A stretch of DNA of 64,000 nucleotides from a virus, in the UHGV virus genome UHGV-1421865. One strand, 5' to 3'. The position numbers were made by a program, and so were the translations under genes. Shown here piece by piece: positions 30,247 to 40,263 of this stretch; the first letter of the stretch is position 1, and each line of letters opens with the position of its first letter. Under the pieces are notes generated by a model that saw only the letters and a list, made by a program, of their open reading frames with translations, did no database searches and had not been told where the DNA came from.

Positions 30247-30483
30247 TCAACAGTCATCACCAGACCAGTATTGTGGTCCGAAGTAGCTGTTTACACTACG
30301 ATCCATAATTGCCTCTGTTTCTTCGGGGTTGAACATGTTATAATGTTCTGCAGCACCCGGCTCGTCCATGTGTTTAAGATAATTGTACGTGTCGTGAACA
30401 GTCCATTGTTCGTATTCGTCGCACGTATCGATGATAGGCTTGAAGTATTCAATGTCGCTGAGAAGAGAACTGAGATTAATCAT
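30247..30483 (-). CDS. Hypothetical protein
   Basis: 78-aa ORF placed the right distance downstream of a minus-strand promoter that carries the conserved spacer. Confidence 0.45.
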   Translation of the reverse strand: MINLSSLLSDIEYFKPIIDTCDEYEQWTVHDTYNYLKHMDEPGAAEHYNMFNPEETEAIMDRSVNSYFGPQYWSGDDC

Positions 30484-30519
30484 GACTGTAGCACTTTAAC
30501 TGTTTGACTTGTTTGTTAT

Positions 30520-30556
30520 ATATGTAATATAGCGTACTTTGTGAGCAAAATCAATA
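30520..30556 (-). promoter_or_regulatory. Sigma70-like promoter (TTGATT-N17-TATATT) with the conserved TCACAAAGTA spacer
   Basis: On the minus strand: TTGATTttgctcacaaagtacgcTATATT. Confidence 0.55.
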
Positions 30557-30571
30557 CAACCACATAGAAAG

Positions 30572-30835
30572 TTAGTCCTTGAAGAGCATTAGTTTGTCGG
30601 ACAATACTTCCGTCTTGTATTTTATATCACTGTGTTCGATGACAGTAGCCGCGTCTATACTACAAGTTTCTAAGTCAGTAGCCTGCTCCTCTGTTATAGG
30701 TACAGTAGTGTATTCCGGTTGCTCACTGTCTGTACGCTGACACAAATACAGCCGGTTGTCTTTCGAAGACCGACAATAGAACTCTATCGGTTCGTCGTAG
30801 AAACATAAAATCTTAATCTTACCTAACTGCTCCAT
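30572..30835 (-). CDS. Hypothetical protein
   Basis: 87-aa ORF. Confidence 0.45.
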   Translation of the reverse strand: MEQLGKIKILCFYDEPIEFYCRSSKDNRLYLCQRTDSEQPEYTTVPITEEQATDLETCSIDAATVIEHSDIKYKTEVLSDKLMLFKD

Positions 30836-30854
30836 CTTTATCTTGTTTTATATA

Positions 30855-30888
30855 CTTTATATAGTACATGATGTATACAAAATCAGTG
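30855..30888 (-). promoter_or_regulatory. Sigma70-like promoter cTGATT-N17-TATATAAA; its spacer is not the conserved one
   Basis: On the minus strand: cTGATTttgtatacatcatgtacTATATAAA, upstream of the gene at 30572..30835. Confidence 0.4.
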
Positions 30889-30984
30889 CAATTTTGACGG
30901 TTTCTGTTTCGCATACTGGTATGTATAAACGTAGAATCGTAATAAAGCCACCATATTCGTCCTCTGTCGCGTCCGAATGGTCTA

Positions 30985-31040
30985 GCCTTGGTACTACTAA
31001 GCCTCAACAAAAATCGTGCGATAGAGGAGAGATTTTCTCA
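30985..31040 (-). repeat. Conserved element, copy 4: a partial half-element in minus orientation
   Basis: ggtactactaagcctcaacaaaaatcgtgcgatagag is the reverse complement of the gcacgatttttgttgaggcttagtagtacc half found in copies 3 and 5. Confidence 0.6.
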
Positions 31041-31058
31041 AGTTTTTTAATGTTAACA

Positions 31059-31097
31059 AAAAGAACACTTGTACGGTTAGCTGTACAAGTGTTCTTT
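31059..31097. terminator. Hairpin terminator after the 1110-aa gene
   Basis: Perfect inverted repeat aagaacacttgtac / gtacaagtgttctt immediately after the gene's stop codon. Confidence 0.65.
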
Positions 31098-31103
31098 ATA
31101 GTA

Positions 31104-34100
31104 TCAAAGTTTATAGCGTTTATTGACAGTTATTGATATAATATAGTGTTCTAGTTCTTTTAAGAGCGCCGGACGAATATCGAAAGCCAGTGTCTTGCTG
31201 TAGCTCTCTTCTAAACCGTTGTCCTTAAACATATAGTCCATTACGAGAGGTATAGTAATGTCCTTGTTGGAATCTATCGTGCTATATTGGTATTTATCGT
31301 ATTTGTTACATTGAAGCGACTCGACATCTTTCAATTCAAGATAAAGTACCGCACCGAACATCTTAGATTGGAATTCAGTACCCGGTCTACTGTTCTTCGC
31401 CGGATTCTTGATCTTATCCGAAGACGTGACCGGAATATCCACATAACGATAAATATCGGATATTGTATTATATACAAATGTATCTAAAAAGTCCCCGTCG
31501 TCGTACGTTAGGTTGTCTAAGTTATTTATCACATCGACGTTTTCCGAAGCTGTATTGTTTTTATCTAATACATTGTCGTTTTTAAGTACCAATTTATCGT
31601 CTTCTTTCACTAACGACAGTACTTTATTAGTCGCTACATTTATAATACCGTCACTGACATAACTTAAGATGCTGTTTTTATCGCCTATTCTGTACCGATA
31701 CGGCAACGACAGCTGTTGTTTGCTTTCAAGTATCCTATCTTGTGTGGCAATATCGTACCTTAGTCTATCTTTCTTCTCCAACGTCATATTTTTGCGATAC
31801 ACAGCCAAGTCTTTCATTCGTTGCTGCGGACTGTCGTAATAATAAGATTGATGGGTGTACGGATCCGTTGTTCTAAAATAGATAAATTGTCCCAACGTTT
31901 GTGCACGTGCTGTTTTAGTATCGTCTTTTATATGAAACGGTGTTCTTTCGTAGTCGCCTATCTTGTATTCGTAATAGTCTGCGTTTGTACACAGTAACGG
32001 TATCTTCACGTCGCCCGGAAATATACTATACAAATTCAAGTTTGTATCGTTCTCGTTTTTTATAACAAGATTAAATCGTTTTTGTGCATACCCCGATGTC
32101 AGTTCTTCGTGGTCGAACGAGATATAAGCCCGGTTATTACGATGTAGTTCTACTTTCTTGTCGTCGTATTCCAGGTACACCTTCAGATTAGAATGTAGCT
32201 CCGATTCGATAAGAGCTTTGTACTGTTGTAGTTCAGAATTCAGATCTGTTAGTTTATCCTTTAACGACAACATTTTACTGTCCTTGTCCATAAATCCGGA
32301 ATAGATGTTCTCCGGTGTATGATAGAACTTACGGTCTTTGGCTAAAATCTTATCGTCGACATGTTCTTGATAACCTTCGTTCAGTAGGTGCCGTATAAAG
32401 GCGGACTCTATTAAATCGGCGTTATTTTGTGTAACAATGTTGTATATACTGGTAACGTCGGCGTATTCGTGAGGGAACTGAATGACGAATTCTTCGCTCC
32501 ACGGTGTATATAAATCGATAAACGGTTGTCCGATAGAGTATTTGTATCTGAAACGAATCGTAACGTCTTCACCGACGACGATAGGAATATCCAGTTGGTT
32601 CCATCGTACACCGACGTCTTGCCCTTCTTTGAAGACTGGTTTGTATGCCCCGGTGACACTGTCGAAGACAATAGAACGTTCTCTTTCTATATTATACTGT
32701 TTATTCCATACCGACAACGATGTCTCGCCTCGCGTATTGATACCGGTAATAGCTGTGTTGTTAGAACTTGTATTCGAATACTTGTATTCTATATCTAAAG
32801 CGATAACATTGATTTCTTCGTTGTAGGTATCTTTTAACGCCAGTTCTAATGTATCGTACGCAGTAACACCACGGACAGCGAATTTAGGACTTTCAAAACC
32901 GTAAACGTCGTCTTTTATGTTATTGATATTGTCTATAATAGAAATATACTGTTTCTGGAGCGCGATTCGGTCTGTGTATTTCTTGTCGATTTCCTTCTTT
33001 AGCTCCGTCGCATTTGTAGCACCTTTCAGTATTTTGGTCTGTGTATCGTCGATACTACTTTGCAACGCCGTTAATGACGCGTTGATGTTCTGTTTTTGTT
33101 TATGTAAGTTAATAACGTCTTTAGAACTGTTGTCGTCGATAAGGTGCTTGTTTATCTGCACAACTTGTACATTATCTCGAACAAAGGTAGCACTAACAAT
33201 ACTTTTTATGGTATCAGAAGTTACTATCTCACTGATAATGAAGTTGTTAAAGTTACGAATAGACGGGTAGGCTACTTCTGTTAGTCCTAATATAATATCG
33301 CCGATGTTACGACAGTATTTTTTATAGTACTGAATGTAGTTCATACGAACATCGTTGTCGTACACATACTGGTTGTTTCTATCCTTTACAAAGACCTTTT
33401 CGAGGTCGACCAGGAACGGTTTACTGAACTCGCCGCGGACGTTATTGACAACCGAGCCGATAAAGACACAAATGTACCTGTTTTCTTCCAGTGGGATGTC
33501 GACGTATCTAAATTCCGAAAAGCTTTCGTTATATAAGACAAAATACATATCCTTGTCCTCGTTAATAGGTTGAAGGACTGTGTGGCCGATTTCCTCTTCT
33601 ACCTCTATATAGAACTTTTTATCGTCGCGATTACTGTTTTCTAATTTAGTTATCTTATATATAACATTACGGCCCGGAATAGTCAGCTTATCGCCGATGC
33701 GAAGGTACTGCTCTATGGCGTTATCTTCTGTTCCGGTGTACTTAAAGGTATTTATTCTGATACGATAGGTGTTATTTAGTCCGTCGATATGAGTGTTGTC
33801 GAGACGGGTTACGTCCAAGATCTCGAATCGACTGTCGTACTTGTTGTATTTTGTCGGCGCGGTGATGTGTGCGTCGTATTCGTCGTAATCGCGACCTGGA
33901 ACATAGTTGAACAGCGCTTGTTTGTATTCTTTGTACGACTGTAGATTGTTCCCCGACAGCAACGTAAAGAGTTCCTGACTGTATATTACAATCTTTTTAT
34001 ATACATATTCGTTTATCGTATCAGGAATGTTCTGAACATTCAGTCGAAGGTACATATACGGCGATACAAGGTCTTTGAGGAAATTGTTATCGCGGATGTG

Positions 34101-34436
34101 GACATGTCCAGAGTCGACATATTCGGGTTTGTTCGGTGCCGAGTTCCCTACCGACAGTTCTATTTTGTGCATATTGTCGGCATGTGTCAACCACGCGGAA
34201 CCCGTCTTGTTTAGATTTACCAGCGACTCGATAGAACTACTCAGTTCCTCTACCTTATTGTCTAAATAAAGTAACGATGGAATACGATATTCTGTATCGT
34301 CTTCTAATTTAATAGAAATTTCAGGCGATCTCGACAGTAGACTTTGGTTGATACTAGTGAGCATATTCACCGCGTCGTTGTACATCGACTGCAGTTTTAT
34401 GTAGTATTCTTTTAGAGATGAATTTTCTGTGACCAT
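31104..34436 (-). CDS. Large tail or baseplate protein of 1110 aa with coiled segments
   Basis: Long ORF with coiled-coil-like stretches; lies directly downstream of the 400-aa fibre-like gene. Confidence 0.55.
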   Translation of the reverse strand: MVTENSSLKEYYIKLQSMYNDAVNMLTSINQSLLSRSPEISIKLEDDTEYRIPSLLYLDNKVEELSSSIESLVNLNKTGSAWLTHADNMHKIELSVGNSAPNKPEYVDSGHVHIRDNNFLKDLVSPYMYLRLNVQNIPDTINEYVYKKIVIYSQELFTLLSGNNLQSYKEYKQALFNYVPGRDYDEYDAHITAPTKYNKYDSRFEILDVTRLDNTHIDGLNNTYRIRINTFKYTGTEDNAIEQYLRIGDKLTIPGRNVIYKITKLENSNRDDKKFYIEVEEEIGHTVLQPINEDKDMYFVLYNESFSEFRYVDIPLEENRYICVFIGSVVNNVRGEFSKPFLVDLEKVFVKDRNNQYVYDNDVRMNYIQYYKKYCRNIGDIILGLTEVAYPSIRNFNNFIISEIVTSDTIKSIVSATFVRDNVQVVQINKHLIDDNSSKDVINLHKQKQNINASLTALQSSIDDTQTKILKGATNATELKKEIDKKYTDRIALQKQYISIIDNINNIKDDVYGFESPKFAVRGVTAYDTLELALKDTYNEEINVIALDIEYKYSNTSSNNTAITGINTRGETSLSVWNKQYNIERERSIVFDSVTGAYKPVFKEGQDVGVRWNQLDIPIVVGEDVTIRFRYKYSIGQPFIDLYTPWSEEFVIQFPHEYADVTSIYNIVTQNNADLIESAFIRHLLNEGYQEHVDDKILAKDRKFYHTPENIYSGFMDKDSKMLSLKDKLTDLNSELQQYKALIESELHSNLKVYLEYDDKKVELHRNNRAYISFDHEELTSGYAQKRFNLVIKNENDTNLNLYSIFPGDVKIPLLCTNADYYEYKIGDYERTPFHIKDDTKTARAQTLGQFIYFRTTDPYTHQSYYYDSPQQRMKDLAVYRKNMTLEKKDRLRYDIATQDRILESKQQLSLPYRYRIGDKNSILSYVSDGIINVATNKVLSLVKEDDKLVLKNDNVLDKNNTASENVDVINNLDNLTYDDGDFLDTFVYNTISDIYRYVDIPVTSSDKIKNPAKNSRPGTEFQSKMFGAVLYLELKDVESLQCNKYDKYQYSTIDSNKDITIPLVMDYMFKDNGLEESYSKTLAFDIRPALLKELEHYIISITVNKRYKL

Positions 34437-34440
34437 AATG

Positions 34441-35643
34441 TTAGTTTATCGTTGTTGATGTTGTATCGAGATTCCAGCGTAAGGTATCTAAGATAGTTCT
34501 AAATTCGTCTAATTGCTTCTGGTTGTTCTGTTGTAGTTCTTTGAAGTTGGCCATCAACGTCTTTTGGACATTGTCTAACACAGTCTGTGACGACGACTGT
34601 GCCGTTATATTGTCTATTCTTGTATTTACGTCCATCAACTGACTCGATAAGGTATCTACTTTATTAGACAGAGCTGCAATCTGCGACAGTACCTGTGCGA
34701 AGGTGGCGAACGAATTGGTGATTTCTGAATTCCGTGCCTCCGAGGGCATTTGTTTAGAATATGGGAAGGGCTTGAACTGTGAGGCTATCGAAAGCGACCA
34801 TGTCGGTGCGAAGCCAGATACCTTGTCTCTTTTAAGGACAATATCGTCACCGAACCAGATACCGTACGGCACATTGATAGTACCCGTCGCTGGTAGTTGT
34901 TCACTGTCCTTAGAAAGTTCGCTTAGCGAGATATTATTCGTGACATAATTTGTATCGACCAAGTCGAACAGTGGTATAATACAGTTGAATACAAGCTCGT
35001 CTTTGACGGTACTGTTGTCTGTTACTTTAACATATTTGTTGGCTAATGTAGAATAGTAGTTTTTACCGTCTTGTGTAGTGTCAAATTCTGTTTCCAATGT
35101 AGACCATTCTGTGTTCGACAGCTCCTGTTCTGTCCAGCCGTACAGTCTTGTTTTGTTATCGGTTACTTCGATGAAACTTGTATTGTCTTGGGTTGTATCA
35201 GTAGGTTTGACTGTCCCACCAAGTTCAGTACTAACAATACTGTCTAAATTAACAATACAAATGGTGTCGGTATAGGTACCGTTATAGTCTTGTTCTGTTA
35301 TTTCGTTTATAGCACGTACTTCAAATCCGTCTATACTATCGTTGATAATACAGTCCAATAGATAGTTTAACGGTAGTAGCACATCGTTTGCCTTCGACCT
35401 ACTCTGACCGTCGAAATGGTCACGTAAGAATGCCAGTTTAGACTCGTAGTGTTTTATTAAGCTTTCTATTATAATAGGTTTATTCGTTTCAATGTTGGGA
35501 ATATAACAACAAAGGAATCTGGAGGGGTATAGTTTGGTATATGTCGACAAGAAATGACCCGTTAGTGCTTCGGTGTAATTACTAAACGTCAAAAACTTAC
35601 TGTCCGGACCGTCTTTATAAAATAAATTAGTTCTTCTTTTCAT
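34441..35643 (-). CDS. Putative tail fibre protein
   Basis: C-terminal heptad-like coil LSQIAALSNKVDTLSSQLMDVNTRIDNITAQSS...; the upstream region is dense with palindromic sites. Confidence 0.5.
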   Translation of the reverse strand: MKRRTNLFYKDGPDSKFLTFSNYTEALTGHFLSTYTKLYPSRFLCCYIPNIETNKPIIIESLIKHYESKLAFLRDHFDGQSRSKANDVLLPLNYLLDCIINDSIDGFEVRAINEITEQDYNGTYTDTICIVNLDSIVSTELGGTVKPTDTTQDNTSFIEVTDNKTRLYGWTEQELSNTEWSTLETEFDTTQDGKNYYSTLANKYVKVTDNSTVKDELVFNCIIPLFDLVDTNYVTNNISLSELSKDSEQLPATGTINVPYGIWFGDDIVLKRDKVSGFAPTWSLSIASQFKPFPYSKQMPSEARNSEITNSFATFAQVLSQIAALSNKVDTLSSQLMDVNTRIDNITAQSSSQTVLDNVQKTLMANFKELQQNNQKQLDEFRTILDTLRWNLDTTSTTIN

Positions 35644-35669
35644 GTGTTCTCTTTATAGTGATACAATTA

Positions 35670-35777
35670 AAAATCTCTATCAGAGATTTTATATTTGAAC
35701 TTTGTTCAAATCAAAAATCTGCGTCGCAGATTTCATATTTCAATTTATTGAAATCAAAAATCTATATCATCTGTTTT
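35670..35777. promoter_or_regulatory. Three spaced operator-like palindromes around an AAAATCT / AGATTTT dyad
   Basis: Sites read aaaatctct-atc-agagatttt (35670-35690), aaaatctgcg-t-cgcagattt (35714-35733) and the degenerate aaaaatctatatcatctgtttt (35756-35777), at about 44-bp spacing, interleaved with tgaac-ttt-gttca and ttcaat-tta-ttgaaa dyads. Confidence 0.5.
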
Positions 35778-35808
35778 GTACCATCTTCTTATAACTTATA
35801 AAACGCCC

Positions 35809-35960
35809 AAAAATTTGCTCTCTACCACACGATTTTTGTTGAGGCTTAGTAGTACCAAGGTAAGTGTATTTGAGTGCGTCAGAGAGCCTAAAAAGTGCCT
35901 TTATGGACGTGTTATGATTCTACTGTAGCCTACCCAGAACAGAAACCGTCAAAAAATCAA
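35809..35960 (+). repeat. Conserved element, copy 5 (plus orientation, between minus genes); a hairpin follows
   Basis: Nearly identical to copy 3 over about 100 nt. Tail is cagaacagaaaccgtcaaaaaatc followed by cagacg...cgtctg. Confidence 0.8.
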
Positions 35961-36007
35961 CAAAAAACAGACGCATTCTAGTTAAAGAACACGTCTGCTT
36001 GTTCAAA

Positions 36008-36922
36008 TTATAATATAGAATAAATCAAAGATTCTGTTCTGTTCTGCCACTGTCCGGATTTAATACTTCTTCTGATAGGTATATATTCTATTTTGTATCG
36101 TTTGTCGTTATATAGTGTCTCGAAGAATTTATCTGAGCCACTCGTATCGGAATTCGACTGTACCGTACACCCGCCGTTACTTATAATGTAATCTGATAAT
36201 TCTTTAATTTGTTTTTGACAAGAGTCGTCAAACGAGTTAGCGGTATAGCTACTGTATTCCGAATTGGTTTTGACTACATAATACGGTGGGTCGAAATATA
36301 CAAACGTCTTTTCGTCTTTGTTGTATACTTCTTTTAACAGACTATTAAAGTCTTTATTGTACAGTTCTGCTCTTTGTAGTAACGTAGAACATTCCTTAAG
36401 TGTATCAACATCAAATACAGCTGGATTCTTTTTACAACCGTGAGATACATTATATAAACCTTTTGAGTTTTCTCTGTACAGGCCATTGAATCCTGTCTTA
36501 TTAATGAACATAAAAAGTGCAGCGGACCGTACTGTGTTTTTAGGTTCTGCATTGTACTCGTCCCGACAGCGATAGTACATGTCTTCTCTGTCTGTACTAC
36601 CAAATTCATAACCTACATATTCTAATCTAAGATCAGTAAGTAAGTCAATCAAAGCATCTACATTGTCTCTAATTTGTTTATATACGTTAATAAGACCGGT
36701 ATTGACGTCATTTATCACGACACGCTTACAGTTTTTATAATGTTTTAGTATATAAAGCGACAATGCAGCGCTGCCGGCGAAAGGTTCTATAAAAGTGAAC
36801 TCCGGTGAGTTTAATATGTCTTTGTTTGTATGTGACAGTATAGTATCGATAATAGTATGTTTAGAACCGACCCATTTCAACACTTTCGGAATATCTACTT
36901 TATATTGTTTTATATCATTCAT
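36008..36922 (-). CDS. dam: N6-adenine DNA methyltransferase of the Dam / D12 class
   Basis: KWVGSKH (compare KWAGGK), EPFAGSAA and DPPY motifs appear in the order expected for Dam-family methyltransferases. Confidence 0.8.
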   Translation of the reverse strand: MNDIKQYKVDIPKVLKWVGSKHTIIDTILSHTNKDILNSPEFTFIEPFAGSAALSLYILKHYKNCKRVVINDVNTGLINVYKQIRDNVDALIDLLTDLRLEYVGYEFGSTDREDMYYRCRDEYNAEPKNTVRSAALFMFINKTGFNGLYRENSKGLYNVSHGCKKNPAVFDVDTLKECSTLLQRAELYNKDFNSLLKEVYNKDEKTFVYFDPPYYVVKTNSEYSSYTANSFDDSCQKQIKELSDYIISNGGCTVQSNSDTSGSDKFFETLYNDKRYKIEYIPIRRSIKSGQWQNRTESLIYSIL

Positions 36923-36942
36923 GTAACTTAATTTACGAAGTT

Positions 36943-37443
36943 TTAACCACGAAGTGTTATTATTCTCTGATTGACAGAGCCTCTAAACTTTAAGTTCAAG
37001 TCTTTCTGCGACTCTTCGAAACGCCCGTCGACTAAGGTACCGATATAGTCCAAATACGGTCGACACAGTTCGTTCTGTTGTAAGTCTTCTAACAAATAAC
37101 CTGTCCATACCCATACGTCGGTAGTGTACTTGTTAATTAGTTTGAACAGTTCTAGTACGTCTTCAGAAGCCTGCACATGCCCGTTCCATGCGTGGTAGAA
37201 AGGATCACCCCCTAAGATAGATACTTTTACAGGTGTCGACGTATATGATTTTAGAAGAGACTCTATATAAGGTAATTTGTCTGTCAACAAATCCCCTTTA
37301 TTCGGGTCCCAGGTATGTGGTGACCAACACCCTTTACAGGCATTAGAACAACCACTCAACCATATCGACAGTCGAATACCCGGACCGTTCTGTACGTCGT
37401 ATTTATGAATTGCTAAGACACGTGATTGCATTGTATCTGTCAT
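36943..37443 (-). CDS. nrdG: Anaerobic ribonucleoside-triphosphate reductase activating protein (radical SAM)
   Basis: CX3CX2C cluster (CSNACKGC) plus [30 protein letters not shown] and FRGSVNQ, which are collinear with E. coli NrdG motifs. Confidence 0.8.
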   Translation of the reverse strand: MTDTMQSRVLAIHKYDVQNGPGIRLSIWLSGCSNACKGCWSPHTWDPNKGDLLTDKLPYIESLLKSYTSTPVKVSILGGDPFYHAWNGHVQASEDVLELFKLINKYTTDVWVWTGYLLEDLQQNELCRPYLDYIGTLVDGRFEESQKDLNLKFRGSVNQRIITLRG

Positions 37444-38731
37444 CTTGATTTGGTATTATTTGATGTAGTTCGAATTGCTCGGCAAATTCCTTAACTTCCG
37501 TCTTAATAGCCTGCAAGGCATCGTCGTCATTCCACTTGTCGATAGCACGCACGATAAAGTTAGCGACCCATACCATATCCTCTTCGTCCATACCTCTTGT
37601 TGTTAGAGCTGCAGTACCAATTCTGATGCCAGATGTTTGGAACGGACTTCGCTTGTCGTACGGTATCATGTTCTTATTAACGGTGATACCGGCTTTTTCT
37701 AATGCGATTTCTACCTGCTTTCCTGTAAGGTCGGGATGTGCGTACGTTAGGTCGACCAAGAAAGAGTGATTGTCTGTACCACCCGACACAATTCGTTCAC
37801 CCCAGTGTTGTAGACTTGTAGCCAACGCTTGTGCGTTCTTAATTACTTGCTGTGCATATAATCGAAATTCTGGTTCACAAGCCTCTTCGAAACATACGCA
37901 TTTCGCTGCGATGACATTCTCCAACGGACCGCCTTGAATACCAGGAAAGACCATACTATCGATGACTTCCGACATCATTTTTACGCTGCCGTCTTTCTTT
38001 CGTAGACCTTTAGGATTTTCAAAGTCTTTTCCCATCAAGATAATACCGCCACGAGGTCCGCGCAATGTCTTGTGTGTCGTCGATGTTACAATATGTGCGT
38101 ACTTTACAGGGTTACTCAAACATTTACCGGCGATAAGTCCCGCGGTATGTGCCATATCGACAACAAGGACCGCACCGATACTATCGGCGATCTGTCGAAG
38201 ACGTTCCCAGTCCCATTCTCTGGAATATGCCGACGCACCTGTCATAATCATTTTGGGACGATGTGAGGTAGCTAACAATTCTAATTCGCTGTAGTCTACA
38301 CGTTCTGTGTTGGGGTCTACATGATACGGAATAGGTTTGTAAAGCATACCAGACAGATTAACAGGAGAGCCGTGAGTAAGGTGGCCGCCGTGTGCCAAGT
38401 CGAGACCTAAGAATTTATCACCTGGTTCCAGTACAGCATTGAAAACAGCCTGGTTCGCTTGAGACCCAGAGTGTGGTTGAACATTGGCATACGTCGCATC
38501 GAACAATTTACAAACAGTATCAATAGCTCGTTGTTCTATTTTGTCTATTACTTCACAGCCACCGTAGTATCGTCTGCCGGGATAACCTTCAGCGTACTTA
38601 TTAGTAAGTACAGAACCCAAGGCGTACAATACGCCATTCGATACATAGTTTTCTGAGGCAATCAGTTCGAGACCGAACAGCTGCCGCTGAGTTTCGTCTA
38701 ATATAAGATCGTATACATTTTTTTCAAGCAT
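37403..38731 (-). CDS. glyA: Serine hydroxymethyltransferase
   Basis: [26 protein letters not shown], a PLP-lysine context ([12 protein letters not shown]) and GHLTHGSP all say SHMT. The 3' end overlaps the nrdG start by about 41 nt. Confidence 0.9.
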   Translation of the reverse strand: MLEKNVYDLILDETQRQLFGLELIASENYVSNGVLYALGSVLTNKYAEGYPGRRYYGGCEVIDKIEQRAIDTVCKLFDATYANVQPHSGSQANQAVFNAVLEPGDKFLGLDLAHGGHLTHGSPVNLSGMLYKPIPYHVDPNTERVDYSELELLATSHRPKMIMTGASAYSREWDWERLRQIADSIGAVLVVDMAHTAGLIAGKCLSNPVKYAHIVTSTTHKTLRGPRGGIILMGKDFENPKGLRKKDGSVKMMSEVIDSMVFPGIQGGPLENVIAAKCVCFEEACEPEFRLYAQQVIKNAQALATSLQHWGERIVSGGTDNHSFLVDLTYAHPDLTGKQVEIALEKAGITVNKNMIPYDKRSPFQTSGIRIGTAALTTRGMDEEDMVWVANFIVRAIDKWNDDDALQAIKTEVKEFAEQFELHQIIPNQDDRYNAITCLSNS

Positions 38732-38737
38732 ATATTA

Positions 38738-39304
38738 TTAATCTTTAAGTTTTTCTATAAGTCTTTTGAAATTTTCTAATTTTACCGACAAGTCTTTCTC
38801 GATAGAGACAAAATTTATTCTTTTAAGCTTGTCGAAAAAATTAGTTGTGAAGTTTTCAAAACGTCTACTGTAGTCACCAAGTACATCGGTAGAGAGTATA
38901 TCAAAATTGGTATTGATACGAATTGGATCGTCATACATAACATTCATATAATATGACGTACTTAGACTACCTGTATTAGTGTTATAATAACAAACAACCT
39001 TAATAGAAGTTATGTCGGTACCGATAATGAATTTATCTGTTTCAAACGAATAAATATCATACTCACTATTTAAATCTATACGTTCTGTTTTATCATTTAT
39101 ATCATCACTGTAAATCTCGTAAAAGTCACGTAGCATTGTTGTGATAAGGATACCGTCAATAATAGCCTCTTTATTTGAATCGATGAACTCCTCGATTTGT
39201 TTTATACTACTATTGATACGCTCGATATAGATCGTCGCCCTGTCGTTTACGAACTTATTATAGTCTTCTATTGTATCATTAAACAAGTTTAGAATCTTGC
39301 TCAT
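38738..39304 (-). CDS. Member A of a four-gene paralog family of about 190 aa
   Basis: Shares an N-terminal F..F..NKEAI.DG.. motif and a C-terminal K-rich helix with the ORFs at 39660, 40264 and 40848. Confidence 0.55.
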   Translation of the reverse strand: MSKILNLFNDTIEDYNKFVNDRATIYIERINSSIKQIEEFIDSNKEAIIDGILITTMLRDFYEIYSDDINDKTERIDLNSEYDIYSFETDKFIIGTDITSIKVVCYYNTNTGSLSTSYYMNVMYDDPIRINTNFDILSTDVLGDYSRRFENFTTNFFDKLKRINFVSIEKDLSVKLENFKRLIEKLKD

Positions 39305-39660
39305 TTTGTTTTGGATTGTTTACTGTTTGGATTGTCTGTCATAGAAAAACCTGTAATGTGTTTTCTAGTAAACTGTTGCGCGTTATCGTCGCCACCGTAC
39401 AGTCTACGATACAGGTATTTGATAATTAGCCCTATCAACATACAACCACACCAAATACTTAAGAAAATACCGTACAGAAACGGAAATATCGATAGAAAGA
39501 CAATATGGTTATCTGTCGTCTCACTATAATAGGTAAATTCCGTGTCAGGTCCGATGTTGTTATACACGACGCGCAGTTTCAGAAACAGAAGAAAACACAC
39601 TATATTAAATACGACACCGACGATGTGCAGTAAGAAATATATAATTGTGGTCTGTGTCAT
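39301..39660 (-). CDS. Small membrane protein with two TM helices, embedded in the paralog array
   Basis: Hydrophobic segments IIYFLLHIVGVVFNIVCFLLFL and FLYGIFLSIWCGCMLIGLII. Confidence 0.5.
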   Translation of the reverse strand: MTQTTIIYFLLHIVGVVFNIVCFLLFLKLRVVYNNIGPDTEFTYYSETTDNHIVFLSIFPFLYGIFLSIWCGCMLIGLIIKYLYRRLYGGDDNAQQFTRKHITGFSMTDNPNSKQSKTK

Positions 39661-40253
39661 TATATGCTTGATTCTATTTCTTTCAAGTTCTTATTTAACT
39701 CATCTTTTACCGACTTAAAATTATAATAAAACTTTCGTTGTTCAACGTATGTAATCAACTTATCAAACGACTCGATGATACATGTTAGCAACTGTGTGCT
39801 ACAGGACGGAGCAATTACTTCTACTGTAAGACCGTCATTTAGCGCTTGTCCGTTATTGTCGGTAATAAGAAATTTAATCACATAATCATTCTCACCGTAA
39901 TAAAACACCGGTTTAACATAGATAAAACTGTTATTGAATTTAACAGTACAATCATCCGGTTTATTTATAATACAATATGATAAACCGTCAATTTGTTCAA
40001 ATTTATAAATACCGCAATTTGAATAGATAACAGACGGGTCTAAATTAGAATCCGGGTTGGCTAGTTTGAATTGGTTTAATAACTGCCATGCAGTAAGACC
40101 GTCAATAAGCGCTTCTTTGTTCGAAGAAAAGAACTTGATGAAATAATTCATCTGTTTAGACAGTGTATTTAACAGCGTCGATCTTCTATTTTCTTCTACG
40201 TTACTATATTGTTTAATAAGGTTACTAACCTTGTCAGTAATTTCGTAGTCCAT
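39660..40253 (-). CDS. Paralog family member B
   Basis: Carries the FIKFFSSNKEALIDGL motif. Confidence 0.55.
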   Translation of the reverse strand: MDYEITDKVSNLIKQYSNVEENRRSTLLNTLSKQMNYFIKFFSSNKEALIDGLTAWQLLNQFKLANPDSNLDPSVIYSNCGIYKFEQIDGLSYCIINKPDDCTVKFNNSFIYVKPVFYYGENDYVIKFLITDNNGQALNDGLTVEVIAPSCSTQLLTCIIESFDKLITYVEQRKFYYNFKSVKDELNKNLKEIESSI

Positions 40254-40263
40254 TTGGTTTGTA

